NCBI GenBank assembly: GCA_009602735.1
Contig: WELA01003597.1
Coordinates: 291,505 to 355,504 of the forward strand
Source of the DNA: Mesotaenium endlicherianum
Taxonomy: Eukaryota
Reading direction: 5' to 3'
Length of the DNA: 64,000 nucleotides
Both the position numbers and the translations under genes were made by a program. The notes beneath the pieces are model-generated. The model did not search any database and was not told where the DNA came from. It saw only the letters and a program-made list of their open reading frames with translations. Positions 1 to 11,842 of this stretch are shown here, piece after piece. How positions within the stretch are numbered: the first letter of the stretch is position 1; every line of letters begins with the position of its first letter.

Positions 1-19
1 GGGGGGGGCGGCAGCAGAC

Positions 20-1374
20 CTTGGAGATGTAAATTTCAAAGAAGCGCTGCTTGGCCCTGACGGGGTCAAAGTCCGCGACCCCGTACAGCCGAGCAACCCC
101 CCCCAGAAAGTTTGCCTCTCCTGCACACGCCAGCCGATCGCACCCTCAGCCGCACCCCCGCCCAGACACCCGCACGCGCACGCGCACCCGCTCCCACACC
201 CACCCACGCCCACATCCACGCCCACAGCACACACGCCCACCCCTGAGCAAGGGTTCTCTGTCTGAAGAATATCTCCTCTCTCTCGTCGACAGGTGGCAAT
301 GGCGCAGCCAGTGCAGCGCGCGTGCGGAGTGGCATGGAAGGAGAGCGCATGCAGGGAAGCTCTCCTGTCCGACAGGAGGTGCTGAGTCAGCCAGAGTGCT
401 GCACAACCGGGGCAGACTAGCTGCAGCGGCGCCATTGCTGCATCTCCAGCCGCCAGCTGGCCCTCCCCTGCAGCGGGCAGCATTGCCGCCTCTCCAGCCG
501 CCAGCTGGCTCTCCCCTGCAGCGGCGGCGCAGCGCTTACTCCACTCACGAGGCGAGCCAAACTGCGGGTGCTTCTCAGAGTCCAGACGCTCCAACCAACG
601 GTCCCCTCAAGGGTACCTCCCTGCCCTCCTCCCTCCTCCCCCCCCCCCTTTGCTGGTGCACCTGTTGCAGTCTGACAGAGCCAGCCCTGTGGGTCGATGC
701 ATTCTTCTCCACTCTTCTTCCTCCTTTTTACTATTTTGGTTTTAGTCTCCATTTTGTTTTTTTCCATAATGAAATGCCGCAATCTGACCTTTTGCAACGA
801 GGGGGGGGGGGAGGGGAGAGTACTCTCACATAGAGGGCATATGACTGGGAGCAAGCAGTCGTGGACAAGAAGCTAGTGGAGGGTACAGAAGGCAGGCCCC
901 GGGTCCCCGACACCTGTTGCCAGCAGGAGGAGGGTGCATGCACGCCGCCAGCAGGCCTAGCGAATGGAACACTGCTGCCCGCAATGCAGCCTCGCCAGCC
1001 CGCAGCAGCAGCAGCAGCAAGTGGCAGACCAGAACTAGAGCAGCCCTCTTGCATGTCAGAGTCCAATTCCCGGCTGCCTCTCGCACTGCCCCTCTTCTGC
1101 AACACGAAACCCCCGTGGCTGGTGACGCCGGGCAAGCGCAGCTCGCTTGCTTTCCTAGTGCCACATTCGGCACGAGCTAGGGGGTGGGTGGTGCATCCGT
1201 CTCTTCCCTGGCCCGCCCACCCACCTGTGCCCATGAAGGGGACGAAGTCGTGGGTGGTGACGGACAGGCCCCACTCGGCAAACAGCGCGACAGCCGCCTC
1301 GCGCGAGCGCTCCTCGCTGTCACACAGCACCCCGTCCATGTCAAACAGCACCGCCCGCACCTCCTCCTCCTCCG

Positions 1375-1411
<37 letters not shown>

Positions 1412-2548
1412 CGCCCGAGCTGCTGCATCAGCATAGCCAGCAGACGGAGTTGAGGTGGCAGGTGGGGAGACACGTCGACACAAACTCATCTGGTCAGGCT
1501 TTGGGCGACCCCTTGGGCGCGGGGGNNNNNNNNNNNNNNNNNNNNNNNNNNNNNNNNNNNNNNNNNNNNNNNNNNNNNNNNNNNNNNNNNNNNNNNNNNN
1601 NNNNNNNNNNNNNNNAGGGGGGGGGCAGGGGGGGGCGAGGGGGTGTTTTGTGTGGAGGAGTCTTGCAAAACTGGCCCCGCTTTGCTGGTCCTGCGGTTCG
1701 TGTATGGTACAAAACGTGTGCATGTTCATGCAGAACTGGCGAGCTTGTGTGGGTCGTGAGAGTGCAGCTGCTGCTTCCGCGCCCGGGCTGGACCAGCTGT
1801 CTGCTTCTGATGCGCTCGCTGCTCCGCAATGGCCAGGTTCGGCGCGTTCCGCGCCTCTGCTCCAGATTAAGCTATGCATTTGAGACATAATCAGTGACAT
1901 GACATCTCAAAGTGAGTGAAGGAATATTTTAATTTGTCGCTTCTCCAGGTGCATATGCATGCTGTGCGATGAGCTTTTTAAGACAGCTAGCAGCAGTGGG
2001 CAACAAGAGCTGCCACATGGTGCTTCTCAGTGTGCACGCTCGAACTATCCTACTTCTCCTTCCTTCAACTGGCTACTATGACATCGCCATGGTTGCTCCT
2101 GCATGGCCATGGGCATGAACGGCATGCCCCTTACCACAAAAGGTGGAAGTGTCTCAATCTCTGTGTATACAATGAACAGCTGCAGCCTCTATTGCGCTCG
2201 TCAGTTTCAACGTGGCTTCTCTGTGTGTCACTGACGTTCGTGACATAAGCCAGACGTGCACAAGCTTTAGAAGAAAGACTTTGTACCTTCAGTCGAAGAG
2301 AACACGCAATGACATTTTTGCTTCGGCACCCGTTTCGCTCTTAGTTTTCTGCTTTTAACAAGAGACGAGCCGAAAAGCAAGTCGTGTTTCTGATCGATAC
2401 CATTAGCAGTGGCTGACTTTAATCTTATTGAGCGCCTGCCAGCTGGAAGAAGCAGTCTAGAGAGCGAAGAAGTGATCGAAGACTGAAGAAGAGGGGAATT
2501 GTAGCAGATTCGGCTGGAAACGTGAAGAGCCTCGCGTAAGGTGGCCAT
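20..2548 (-). CDS. SOQ1: SOQ1-like chloroplast HAD-family protein, 5' portion only (continues beyond the left edge)
   Basis: Exon 2548-2287 encodes a Ser/Arg-rich transit-peptide-like start (MATLREALHVSSR...). An exon ending at 1225 encodes VRAVLFDMDGVLCDSEERSREAAVALFAEWGLSVTTHDFVPFMGTG (HAD motif I, DxDGVL). Exon 120-20 continues in phase with GEANFLGGVARLYGVADFDPVRAKQRFFEIYISK, matching my recollection of the plant SOQ1 HAD domain. Exon(s) between 2287 and ~1400 are uncertain (N gap). Trx/NHL domains are not visible here, so a stand-alone HAD homologue cannot be excluded. Confidence 0.8.
421..525. repeat. ~48-bp tandem duplication in a SOQ1 intron
   Basis: tctccagccgccagctggcYctcccctgcagcgg occurs at 443 and 491. 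Confidence 0.75.
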
Positions 2549-3668
2549 CGTGTGAGCTAGTTCAAAAAGCGACCAGCATCGGCTTTGGTTAGATACAGTC
2601 TACACTACACACCAGCGGCAGCAAAGGACTCAGCTGTTTTACAACATTGTTCAAGCCTGCTGAGCAGCAGTTTGCTGTCTCACGGCAACTAACACTCCCT
2701 GGAGTTTGTGTGAAGCACCACCCCATTGCATCACACTGCTACCACTGGGCTACCATCGTTAATCGCGGTCCAGCACAGTAGAATCTGGAGTGTGGTCATG
2801 GAGCCCAGAGAGCCTGTGGTTATCACCGTGTGACGTGGCTTCCAAGTCCTTCGCGTATTGGTGTTTTTACCAGTTTTTACGAAATTTACACCAGAGTAAT
2901 TCTTTGACACAACTCGAGTTGCCGTCGAGACCACTCGAGACCAGTCGAGACTGGGCGAGACTGGTCGGAGACTTCTCTTTTCCGCTGTTGCACGCTGTCG
3001 ACGTTTCGCTGACCCAATTCTTCCTCACGAAAATGTGCGAAAATGCCAAACGAAGCTGGAAAAAGGCCAAAGAAAAAAGGGCTGGAAAAAGCAGGAAAAG
3101 GGCTGGAAAAGGCACAACCAAGCACATCCTATTGCAACCTCTCCGAACATTCCACAACGTCGGTGGCCCTTCGTGATAGCTGCATAATGCAGCATAATGC
3201 CTATGCAGCCTGGTGCGGCCTATTGTGGCATGCATGCCATACTGGCCAACGCAGGCCAATGTATACATGTATACATGTATGCCAATAAAATTGGTGACAT
3301 GTGATAAGGGCTGACCATGAGTCGATCAGTCTGCTACTGGTCAACGATGTCAAGCTGATGCTGTTTCATAAAGGTGTCGTAGCGGAGCTGCGAACCACCT
3401 GCAACAAGCTGCAACCTAAGATTAAAGCCCCAAAAAGTCCCCAGGCTGCCCCAGGCATCCCGGACGCCCCGACTTCGCCTCATCGGAAAATTGATATTTT
3501 CCAGAGCGCTCTGCCACCAGTTCCAAAAGGAGCTGCTCGCAGCCAGCCTTTCTCAGTGAGGGCCTCCAAACACTAAAGGCAAGAGTCGGATAGCGCTTAG
3601 TTCAAAGGCAGTGTATCTGCCAGATTATGTCGTGCTCCACTTGCAGATAGAATAGCTTGCATGATCCA
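2549..3668. promoter_or_regulatory. Head-to-head intergenic region (putative bidirectional promoter) between SOQ1 and ObgC
   Basis: Divergent start codons at 2548 (-) and 3669 (+). Contains a 10-bp-period CGAGAC array (2925-2973) and repeated GCTGGAAAA units (3055-3110). Confidence 0.5.
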
Positions 3669-5979
3669 ATGACGGCTCTCACTTCGACAAGCTGTTGCAC
3701 CCTTCGTTCACTTGTTCAGTTGTCAACTTGCGCCTCAACAAATACAAGGAAGAATTGTGTACATCTAAATAGTGTTAGCTCACAAGCCCTCTCGGTTTCA
3801 CATTCAGGTTTCTTTTCAGATAAGAGTTGGCGTGACCATGGAAGTCTGAACTTACATCGCTCGTGTCGATACGCGACCCACTTTCAATTGGGTGTTCATG
3901 CCAAAGTGAGAAAACTCAGTAATGGGGCGAACGAGGCTAGCAGAGCGAAGGGAGCAGGAGCAAAAGGGAAGAATTCGAGCCGCACGACCACGTTAGATAT
4001 ACCAGGCAAACGCGAGAAACCAGAGGAGGCCTATGAGGATTACTACGCGACTGGGATGGCGGTATCTTCGTTGGCGCCGAGGGAAGAAGAAGGAGCTGCC
4101 TCGGGAGTCTTGCTCAGCCAGTTGAAGAGAAGCCAGGTCAGTTCGTTACAGGATGGCCTCCGCCCTCTGAGAGTTGCCCCGCTGGAAACTTCTGTGCAAG
4201 AGGCAGCCACAGGGGAGGCCAGCAACCCTTCAGAGTCGACCTTGGGAGACGACGACTCTCTTTTGCATAGGGGGGATTTGCTGAGCCGAGCTGTGGCAGC
4301 AGAGGCTTACGCACAGGTGACTAAAGAAAAGGAAACAAGGGAGGAGCAGAGGACCACCAGCCAGCTGAGTGTACTAGAGGAGGAGGGGAAGGAGGAGGAG
4401 GCAGAAGTAGAACGAGGCAGCTCCGGGGTGGCGGAAGTGGAGGAGGAGGATGAAGAGTTGGAAATTGACGACGACGACGAAGCTGAGGACGACGGCAGGG
4501 TTGAGTACTGGGAGGGCGACATGGGGCCCATGACAGAGGAAGAAGAGAGGAGGCTGCTGGAGGAAGCGGAGGCAGAGATTGCGCAGCTGGAGGCGGAACT
4601 CGGCGGAAAAGCAAAGGCTGGGTACCTTGTAGAGGATGCACAGGAGATCTTCGACGAGGAGGAGGAGGACGAGGAGGAGGAGGAGGAGGAGGAGGAGGAG
4701 GGGTCGACAGAGAAGGTGGCGTACTGGGAGGGCGACCTGGAGCCCCTGACAGAGGAGGAGGAGGAGGCCCTGCTCAAGGAGATGGAGGAAGAGATTGGGC
4801 AGCTGGAGAGGGCAGCAGCTGCAGAGAACCCCGCGGCTGCCCGCCCGGACCAAAGAGCGCATGCACGTCATGCGCAGCAGGAGCAGCAGCAGCTGGAGGA
4901 GGAGGAGGAGGAGGAGGGGGAGGGGGAAGGGGTGTCCCACCGTCAGGCGGCCACTTCTTCTTCGTCTTCTGCGCTGGAGGAGGAGCTGGAAGCCATGAAG
5001 AGGCGGGTGCTGGAGCTCGAGCAGCAGCTGGTCCAGGCCAAGCAGCAGGAGGGGGAGTCGGCCGCGGCCGCAGTCGCTGAGAGTGCGCGCGCGAGCACAG
5101 GCACGCACTCGCATAGTGGGCAGCAGCAGGGGCAGGTAGCGAAGGACCGGGTTGCTGGGAGGGCACAGCAGGAGGACGGCGAGAAGGATGAGGACAGGTG
5201 GCATCTCGACGGGGGCGATGCAAGTAGCAGCACCGGGCCTGCTGCTGCTGCTGCAGGGGAGGAGGGGACGGATGAGGAGGAGGAGGGCGCCATGATGGCG
5301 GAGATGGCGGCAGCCATAGCCAGGCTGGCGAAGCACAAGCGCCAGACAAACAAGAAAAAGAAGGAGGGGTCGTCGTCGGGCGCATCGCAGCACCCCGAGG
5401 GGATTGCCTGGGAGCTGGAGGGCGACGACGCAGACTACGACGACGACGACAGCGATGGCGAGGGGGGCGAGGGGAGGGGAGGGGGCACCAAGGAGAGGGG
5501 CCTGCCAGCTGTCATGCGGTGCTTCGACGCAGCGAAGATCTATGCCAAGGCGGGCAACGGCGGCAACGGGGTGGTGGCATTTCGGCGGGAGAAGTACGTC
5601 CCCCTGGGGGGGCCTTCGGGGGGCAACGGCGGGAGGGGGGGCCACGTGTACGTGCGCGCGCACCCATCGCTCAACTCCCTGCTGCCCTTCAGGAGGAGCG
5701 TGCACTTCAGGGCGGGGAGGGGCAGCCACGGCCAGGGGAGCAAGTGCCACGGGTACGCGGGGGAGGACACGGAGATCCTGGTGCCACCTGGCACAATCAT
5801 ACGGGAGGCGCCGGCCCCCGGCGAGGCGGAGGGGCCGGTGCTGCTGGAGCTGGTGAAGGCGGGGCAGAGGGAGCTGCTGTTGCCAGGTGGCAGGGGCGGG
5901 CGCGGCAACGCGTCGTTCAAGACGGGCCGCAACAATGCGCCCCAGTTGGCGGAGTTTGGGGAGGAGGGCCCCGAGATGT

Positions 5980-6027
<48 letters not shown>

Positions 6028-6160
6028 NNNNNNNNNNNNNNNNNNNNNNNNNNNNNNNNNNNNNNNNNNNNNNNNNNNNNNNNNNNNNNNNNNNNNNNNN
6101 NNNNNNNNNNNNNNNNNNNNNNNNNNNNNNNNNNNNNNNNNNNNNNNNNNNNNNNNNNNN

Positions 6161-6227
<67 letters not shown>

Positions 6228-9200
6228 CTCGCTCTCTCTCTGTATCGCCAGCTGCTCAAGATGGACCCATAATCCCAGCACAATGTGAATGTGAATGTGA
6301 ATGATGGCGGGTGCTGCACCTGTCTCCACTAGCAAAGAGCCCCGCTTCCACCTTCCCCGACCCAGCTCACCCCATCGCAAGCTGCCGACGGGTAGAGCTG
6401 CTGTTACGACTCTCGAATGCAGGCATTTTTGCGTGCACGCATGCACGCCCGGGATGTTCCACGAACGAAACTCCAGCTGGCCTCCCCTCTCATTGGTCCG
6501 CCGCTCACCCCCCACTAGAGTACAAGGGGAGGCAATGATGCTCTGGCAGGGGCCCTGGGGCTCGGGGCTGTGTCTGTTCTGACAAGATGGGCGGGGGCCG
6601 AGGCCGGGGGACGGGGACAGGTGGCTGCAGCTGGAGCTGAAGCTGGTGGCGGACGTGGGGATCATCGGGGTGCCCAACGCCGGCAAGTCCACGCTGCTCT
6701 CCGTCATCAGCGCCGCCAAGCCCAAGGTACGGCTGGGCTAGGGTGTGGTGCCCCAGCTTCTGGCTGGGTGGGTGGGTCGTAGAGCGTCAGTGCCGTCGAA
6801 CAGAAGGGAGAGATACCGAGAGTGACAAAGGGAGAAGATGAGAGGGGGGAGAAGGAGAGGGGCGATTGAGAGAGAGGTAGAGAGAGGGGGGAATGAGAGC
6901 GGTGCAAGAGAGAGATGGGAAGAGGACGAAGGGGGGGGGGGGNNNNNNNNNNNNNNNNNNNNNNNNNNNNGGGGGGGGGGAAAGGGGCGGCAGGTGTCTG
7001 TTTCACCGCTGCTGCCGCTGCTGGGCAACACCTTCCAGTGCATTGACACGCGTATTGACACGCCCTTGAGTGTGCGCGTGTGTTTGTGTGTGCACATGGA
7101 CGGGTGCTCTTGCTGCCCTGCCTCCCGGCCAGATCGCAAACTACCCGTTCACAACGCTGGTGCCGAACCTGGGGGTGGTGGACCTGGACTACGAGACGAC
7201 GGTGTTTGCGGACGTGCCGGGCCTGCTGGAGGGCGCGCACAGCGGCCACGGCCTGGGCCACGAGTTTCTGCGCCACACGGAGCGCTGCCGCGTCCTGGTG
7301 GGGCCTCACACGCGCACCCGCACTCATGCACGCATGCGAACACACACACGCACATCCGTGCATATGCGCGCACAAGTGCACACGTGCGCGCGCACACATA
7401 TGCGCGCACGTGCGCATGCACTAACACAGAAGCACACTTACACTACAAACATGCACATACATACGCACACGCACTGACACACGCACAGTGACTCACAAGC
7501 AAAACTTTTCCCACACATGAACGCTTGTCTGTGCCGCTGTTGCTGACTTGCACACACTTGTGTGCTGGGGGGAGGGAGGTAGAGGGACCAGGGCATACGG
7601 GCGGGGGGGGGGNNNNNNNNNNNNNNNNNNNNNNNNNNNNNNNNNNNNNNNNNNNNNNNNNNNNNNNNNNNNNNNNNNNNNNNNNNNNNNNNNNNNNNNN
7701 NNNNNNNNNNNNNNNNNNNNNGAGGAATCGTCGGAGAGTAGCAGCAGCAGTACTAATAGAGGGTGGTTCCGCTGCAGCTTTGCTTCTCCGCAGGTGGACC
7801 GCCTGCATGCGGAGCAGAGCAGAGGGGGGGGAGAGGGGAGGGGAGGCCCGGGCCTGCATGCCCTGGGTTGTTGCCTGGGGGGGGTTGGGTGTGGCACACA
7901 GGCGACATTGGGCTGAAGGTGTGTAAAGCTGTGTGGGAGGTGGGGGGGGGGGTGTTGCGGCGTGTGGTGGGACTGACATGTGCGTGGAGTTTGGAGCCTA
8001 GGTTCTGGGCCGTGCTGCATTGGCAACCTCCCCCTCCTGCTTGTGGTGCCTGCCTGCCGTGACGGCTCGCTGGGCTGGACGGTCAAGGCGGGCGGCTGAG
8101 GTGGGCGGGTGGGGGGCGGGCGTGTGGGCGGCGCAGGTGCATGTGATTGACGGCACGCGGCCGCAGCCCGTGCACGACTACCACGCCATCTGTCAGGAGC
8201 TGTCGCTCTTCAACCCCGCCATGGCGGACAAGCCGCAGGTGGTGGTGTTCAACAAGGTCGACGTGCCGGAGGCGGACGCCAGGTGGGGCGAGTTCGAGGC
8301 TGCCATGGCGCAAGAGGGCGTGAGCGCGTTGCGCATGAGCGCCGCCACTGGGCAGCACACGGAGGCCGTCGTGCGCGCCGCCCGGGCTGTGCTGGCCACG
8401 CTGCCGCCCGCAGAGGCTGACCTCGAGGAGGACGCAGGTGCTGCATGCCAGCCATGGCAGCCCACACCCCCCTCCTCCTATCTTCTCCCCCCTCCTCCCT
8501 TGTCCGAGTGGACCAGTGACCCCGACAAAGGCGTGAGGGTGGGGGATAACACGACGTCTGGTTGACTCTCAACGAACTTTCAACCGACTTCGATGAGAAG
8601 GGAAGCAGGCGCGGAAGAGATGAGAGCGGCGCGATGCCGCCGACGTGCTGGCGTGTGCGTGGGCAAGCGCACGCGCGCTCATGCTGTTTCAAGGGCGGGG
8701 GAGGGTGCGCGCCTCCTAGAAGAAGTCCGATCCTAAGAGGGGCTTGAGAGGCAGCAGTAGGGGTGTGCCTATCTCAAGGTCCCCAGGATCCCAGGGTTGG
8801 CCATGGTGCTCCCGCTGTGCACGTGCCTCTGGGCGGTACAAGGTCACGAATCGAAAGGAGGCATGCCGAGGAAGAGATGCCCCTGCACGCCAGCTCTCCG
8901 CGCCCCCCCCTCATGCCAGCTTCTGTTGATCGCAGGGGGGCATCATTCTTGCAAATCTGCTGGCTCGATTTGTGTTTGTTATTGCGACTCGTGGCGTGGG
9001 CAACAGGCATGACGACGAGGCTTTGTGCTTTGTGCAGACACACACACGCACACACACACACACACGCACGCACGCGCGCACACACGCACAGCTCTTACCA
9101 GTTCTTTCCTCCCTCTCGTGATGTGCGGAGCGCGCAGGGGACGCGGGCCTGAGCGCGAGGGCGAAGAAGCAGAAGGCGTCGGTGGGCGAGATGATCCAGA

Positions 9201-10465
9201 TGCGGCGCGCGGTGCCGCTGGAGGAGTTCAAAGTGGACGTGGACCGCCACACGCGCACCTTCTACATTCAGGGCGAGGGCCTCGAGCGCTTCATCCAGAT
9301 GACCAACTGGGAGTGCGTGCCGCCGCCCCTGCTCCCGCTGCTGCCCCTGCTGCTGCTGCTGCTGCCAGACCTGCTGCTTCCCCTGCAGCTGCTGCCGCTG
9401 CGCAAGCCTCTCTCCTAGGGAGGGCCGGCAGCTGTGCCAGAGGGTGAGAGGCGGGGGCTGGGAGGTGGCATGCAAGATGTGCTGCCAGCTGCGCGTGCAA
9501 CGTGTGGCTTGGCACGCACGCATGAGCTGGCTTTGTTTTTCTATGGGGCGGTGCCGGCTCAGTGCCGCTCCAGCTCTCCGCCCTCCCCTGCGTATCAGCA
9601 GAGCACACGTGTGCGCTGGTTGCTGCCCCTTCTCCCCACCCAGCCTCTGTTGGCTGAGCGGGTGTGAGCCGGTGTGCATGCGCTGGCACAGTGGCGCTGA
9701 CGTTGCTGCTGCTGCTGCGAGCGGAGGGGGGAGTTGGCAGGTACTTTGAGGCGGTGAAGCGCTTCCAGGGCGTGCTGGACGCGAGCGGCGTGACGCAGGC
9801 GCTGCGCTCCGAGGGCATCCGCGAGAACGACCTGGTTGTCATCGGCCAGGTACGTTGCGGAGCTAGCCAACGGGCACCCTCGCCCGCTCACTGACCGAGC
9901 ATCCAGAGCAGCTGCAGAAGGGGGTCTGCAGTGCTGCTGCTGCTACTGCTGCTTCTGGGCCTGACGCCTCTTTCTTCTGGGCCCTTTTCACAGCTGTCTC
10001 TGACAACCGGCGGCGCTGTTTCAGCTTATGGCCTGTCATGGCCTGTCATCTTATTTCTTGCATGCCCTTCACAGGAGGCTCTTGCTATGCTGATGAGCCA
10101 GCTGCTCATGCTGCCTTCCTTACACTCCCGTCTTCTCTCGCCTCTCCACGAACTCAGCTAGCTGACTCATGTGGGCTTTTTTAGGGTCAGCCCTCCGGGG
10201 AACGCCCACGCTTAGACATGTCATAACTCAACTGTCGCAGGGTTTTGTGTGTATGTTGTCTTCTTTGCTGTTGCTTGCTCCCTCGACGTCTGACAAGAGC
10301 CTGCTGTACATTTGCGTGCGTGCGTGCGCGCGCATGCGTGTTTGGGTTGTGCTCGTGCGCGTGCGTGTGGTGCAGATGCAATTCAACTGGCACGACACCA
10401 ACGACATGAGCAACCTCGGCGAGTGGAAGAGGGGAACCCGCGGCACTCATGTGTGGCCACATTAA
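3669..10465 (+). CDS. OBGC: Chloroplast Obg/CgtA GTPase with a long acidic N-terminal extension; 7 exons (3669-5977, 6621-6726, 7133-7297, 8137-8437, 9138-9312, 9741-9849, 10376-10465)
   Basis: Obg fold ([41 protein letters not shown]), G1 [10 protein letters not shown]2 YPFTTL, G3 DVPG, G4 NKVD, and an OCT-like C-terminus ([21 protein letters not shown]...). All junctions are GT-AG and in phase. Confidence 0.95.
5982..6222. repeat. (CT)n microsatellite spanning an assembly gap, directly after the ObgC intron 1 donor
   Basis: Pure CT dinucleotide run on both sides of the N run. Confidence 0.9.
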
Positions 10466-10884
10466 TTTAGTTAAGCACTTAGTGAGATGATATTTTGCAC
10501 AGCTTTTTAAAAAACTGCAAGTATGCACATATACAGGGGAGGGAGTAGGGGGGAGGGGAGGGCCCAAGCGCACGGCCCAAGCGCACGCTACGAGCTTAAT
10601 CTTTTTTTCTTATTCAAGCGAGCTCCAAAGCAGTGTAGACATTTGGTACAGCATTTTCCTCCAATATATAATATACATGATCGATCAGCTCCTGCGTCCT
10701 CACTTTTGCCAAAATGCTTCGAGCGTATTCTCCACTAAGGGAAGTCGGAGAACTGAACCACCAACATCGGGCCATGAATGAAAGAGCGTCGATCTTCAAA
10801 GCTACTGCCATGAGCGTGAATCCACAGCTGGGATACAGGGCTGCGCCGTCCCTCTACCCAACAGTGAGGAGGAGCATGAGTTGG

Positions 10885-11762
10885 CTAGGCTCGCGGATGA
10901 GGCGCTGCCAACTGTAGTCGCGCATGCAACTGCTCTCCTCGGGCGCACTCCTCCTGCTCACCATGTTGGGACACACACGCAGCCTCAGCATTGCTTCTGA
11001 CGGCCCCCCCACCTCTCTCAGGCTGTCTCAGGGTCATATCACTAACGTATTTGAGAGCATAAGCTGGTACTGTCACCTACTTGGTGGAAATACAATGAAA
11101 ACAACTTCTTCAAATCAGAGGGAAGTGGAAAGGGCAGGAGGGTGACCTGGAAGAGCGTGAGAAGGGCGTAGTAGGAGCGCAGCGCGGCAGCGGCAGATGC
11201 ATGCTTCTGCTTCACCCCGTCCGCGTGTGCCCTGGCCACGCCTACCCTCTCCTCCATCTTGGCCACCGTCTGCACCAAAAGAGTGTACAGCACTTTACTT
11301 GCGGGACCGGATGCTGCACGCATGCGTGGACCGCGCATGCACGTGAAGCCGCTAGGAGTACCAGACAACAGAGCTGGAAGAAGAGAAGCCAAAGAGTGCG
11401 TCACGAGAGTTGCCGATTGTCTGGCTCTCGGCGTACAGGTCTCGACACGCATCAAAACTCAACCCAGGCTGGGGCGCGCGTATCCAGAGTCTGCACGTAA
11501 GGCTGAGTGCCCAGTGATGGGGCTTGCCTTGCATCACACGAGAGCACAGGGCAATTGCATAGAGGCACGCGTTCGGGAATGCACGCGCACACACACAACA
11601 CAACACACACACACACACACACACACACACCTGGTGCACGCCGGCAGCGAGCGAGGAGAGCGACGCCACCAGGTGGGCCTTGCCGCTCCCGCTTGCCACC
11701 GCCACCTCGTACTGCACCATCAGCACCATGCGCCCAGAGTCAGAGCGCTTAGCGGGCGTGCT

Positions 11763-11842
<80 letters not shown>

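Noticed and set aside
51..1900. Long six-frame ORFs over the SOQ1 introns (e.g. 51-833, and 731-1900 as one CDS)
   Set aside because: They are read-throughs of GC-rich introns and N gaps; only the spliced HAD exons have family support.
2925..2973. CRISPR-like array or auxin-response elements
   Set aside because: The units are 10 bp with no spacers and no cas genes, and the context is eukaryotic. They read GAGACC/GAGACT, not the AuxRE GAGACA.
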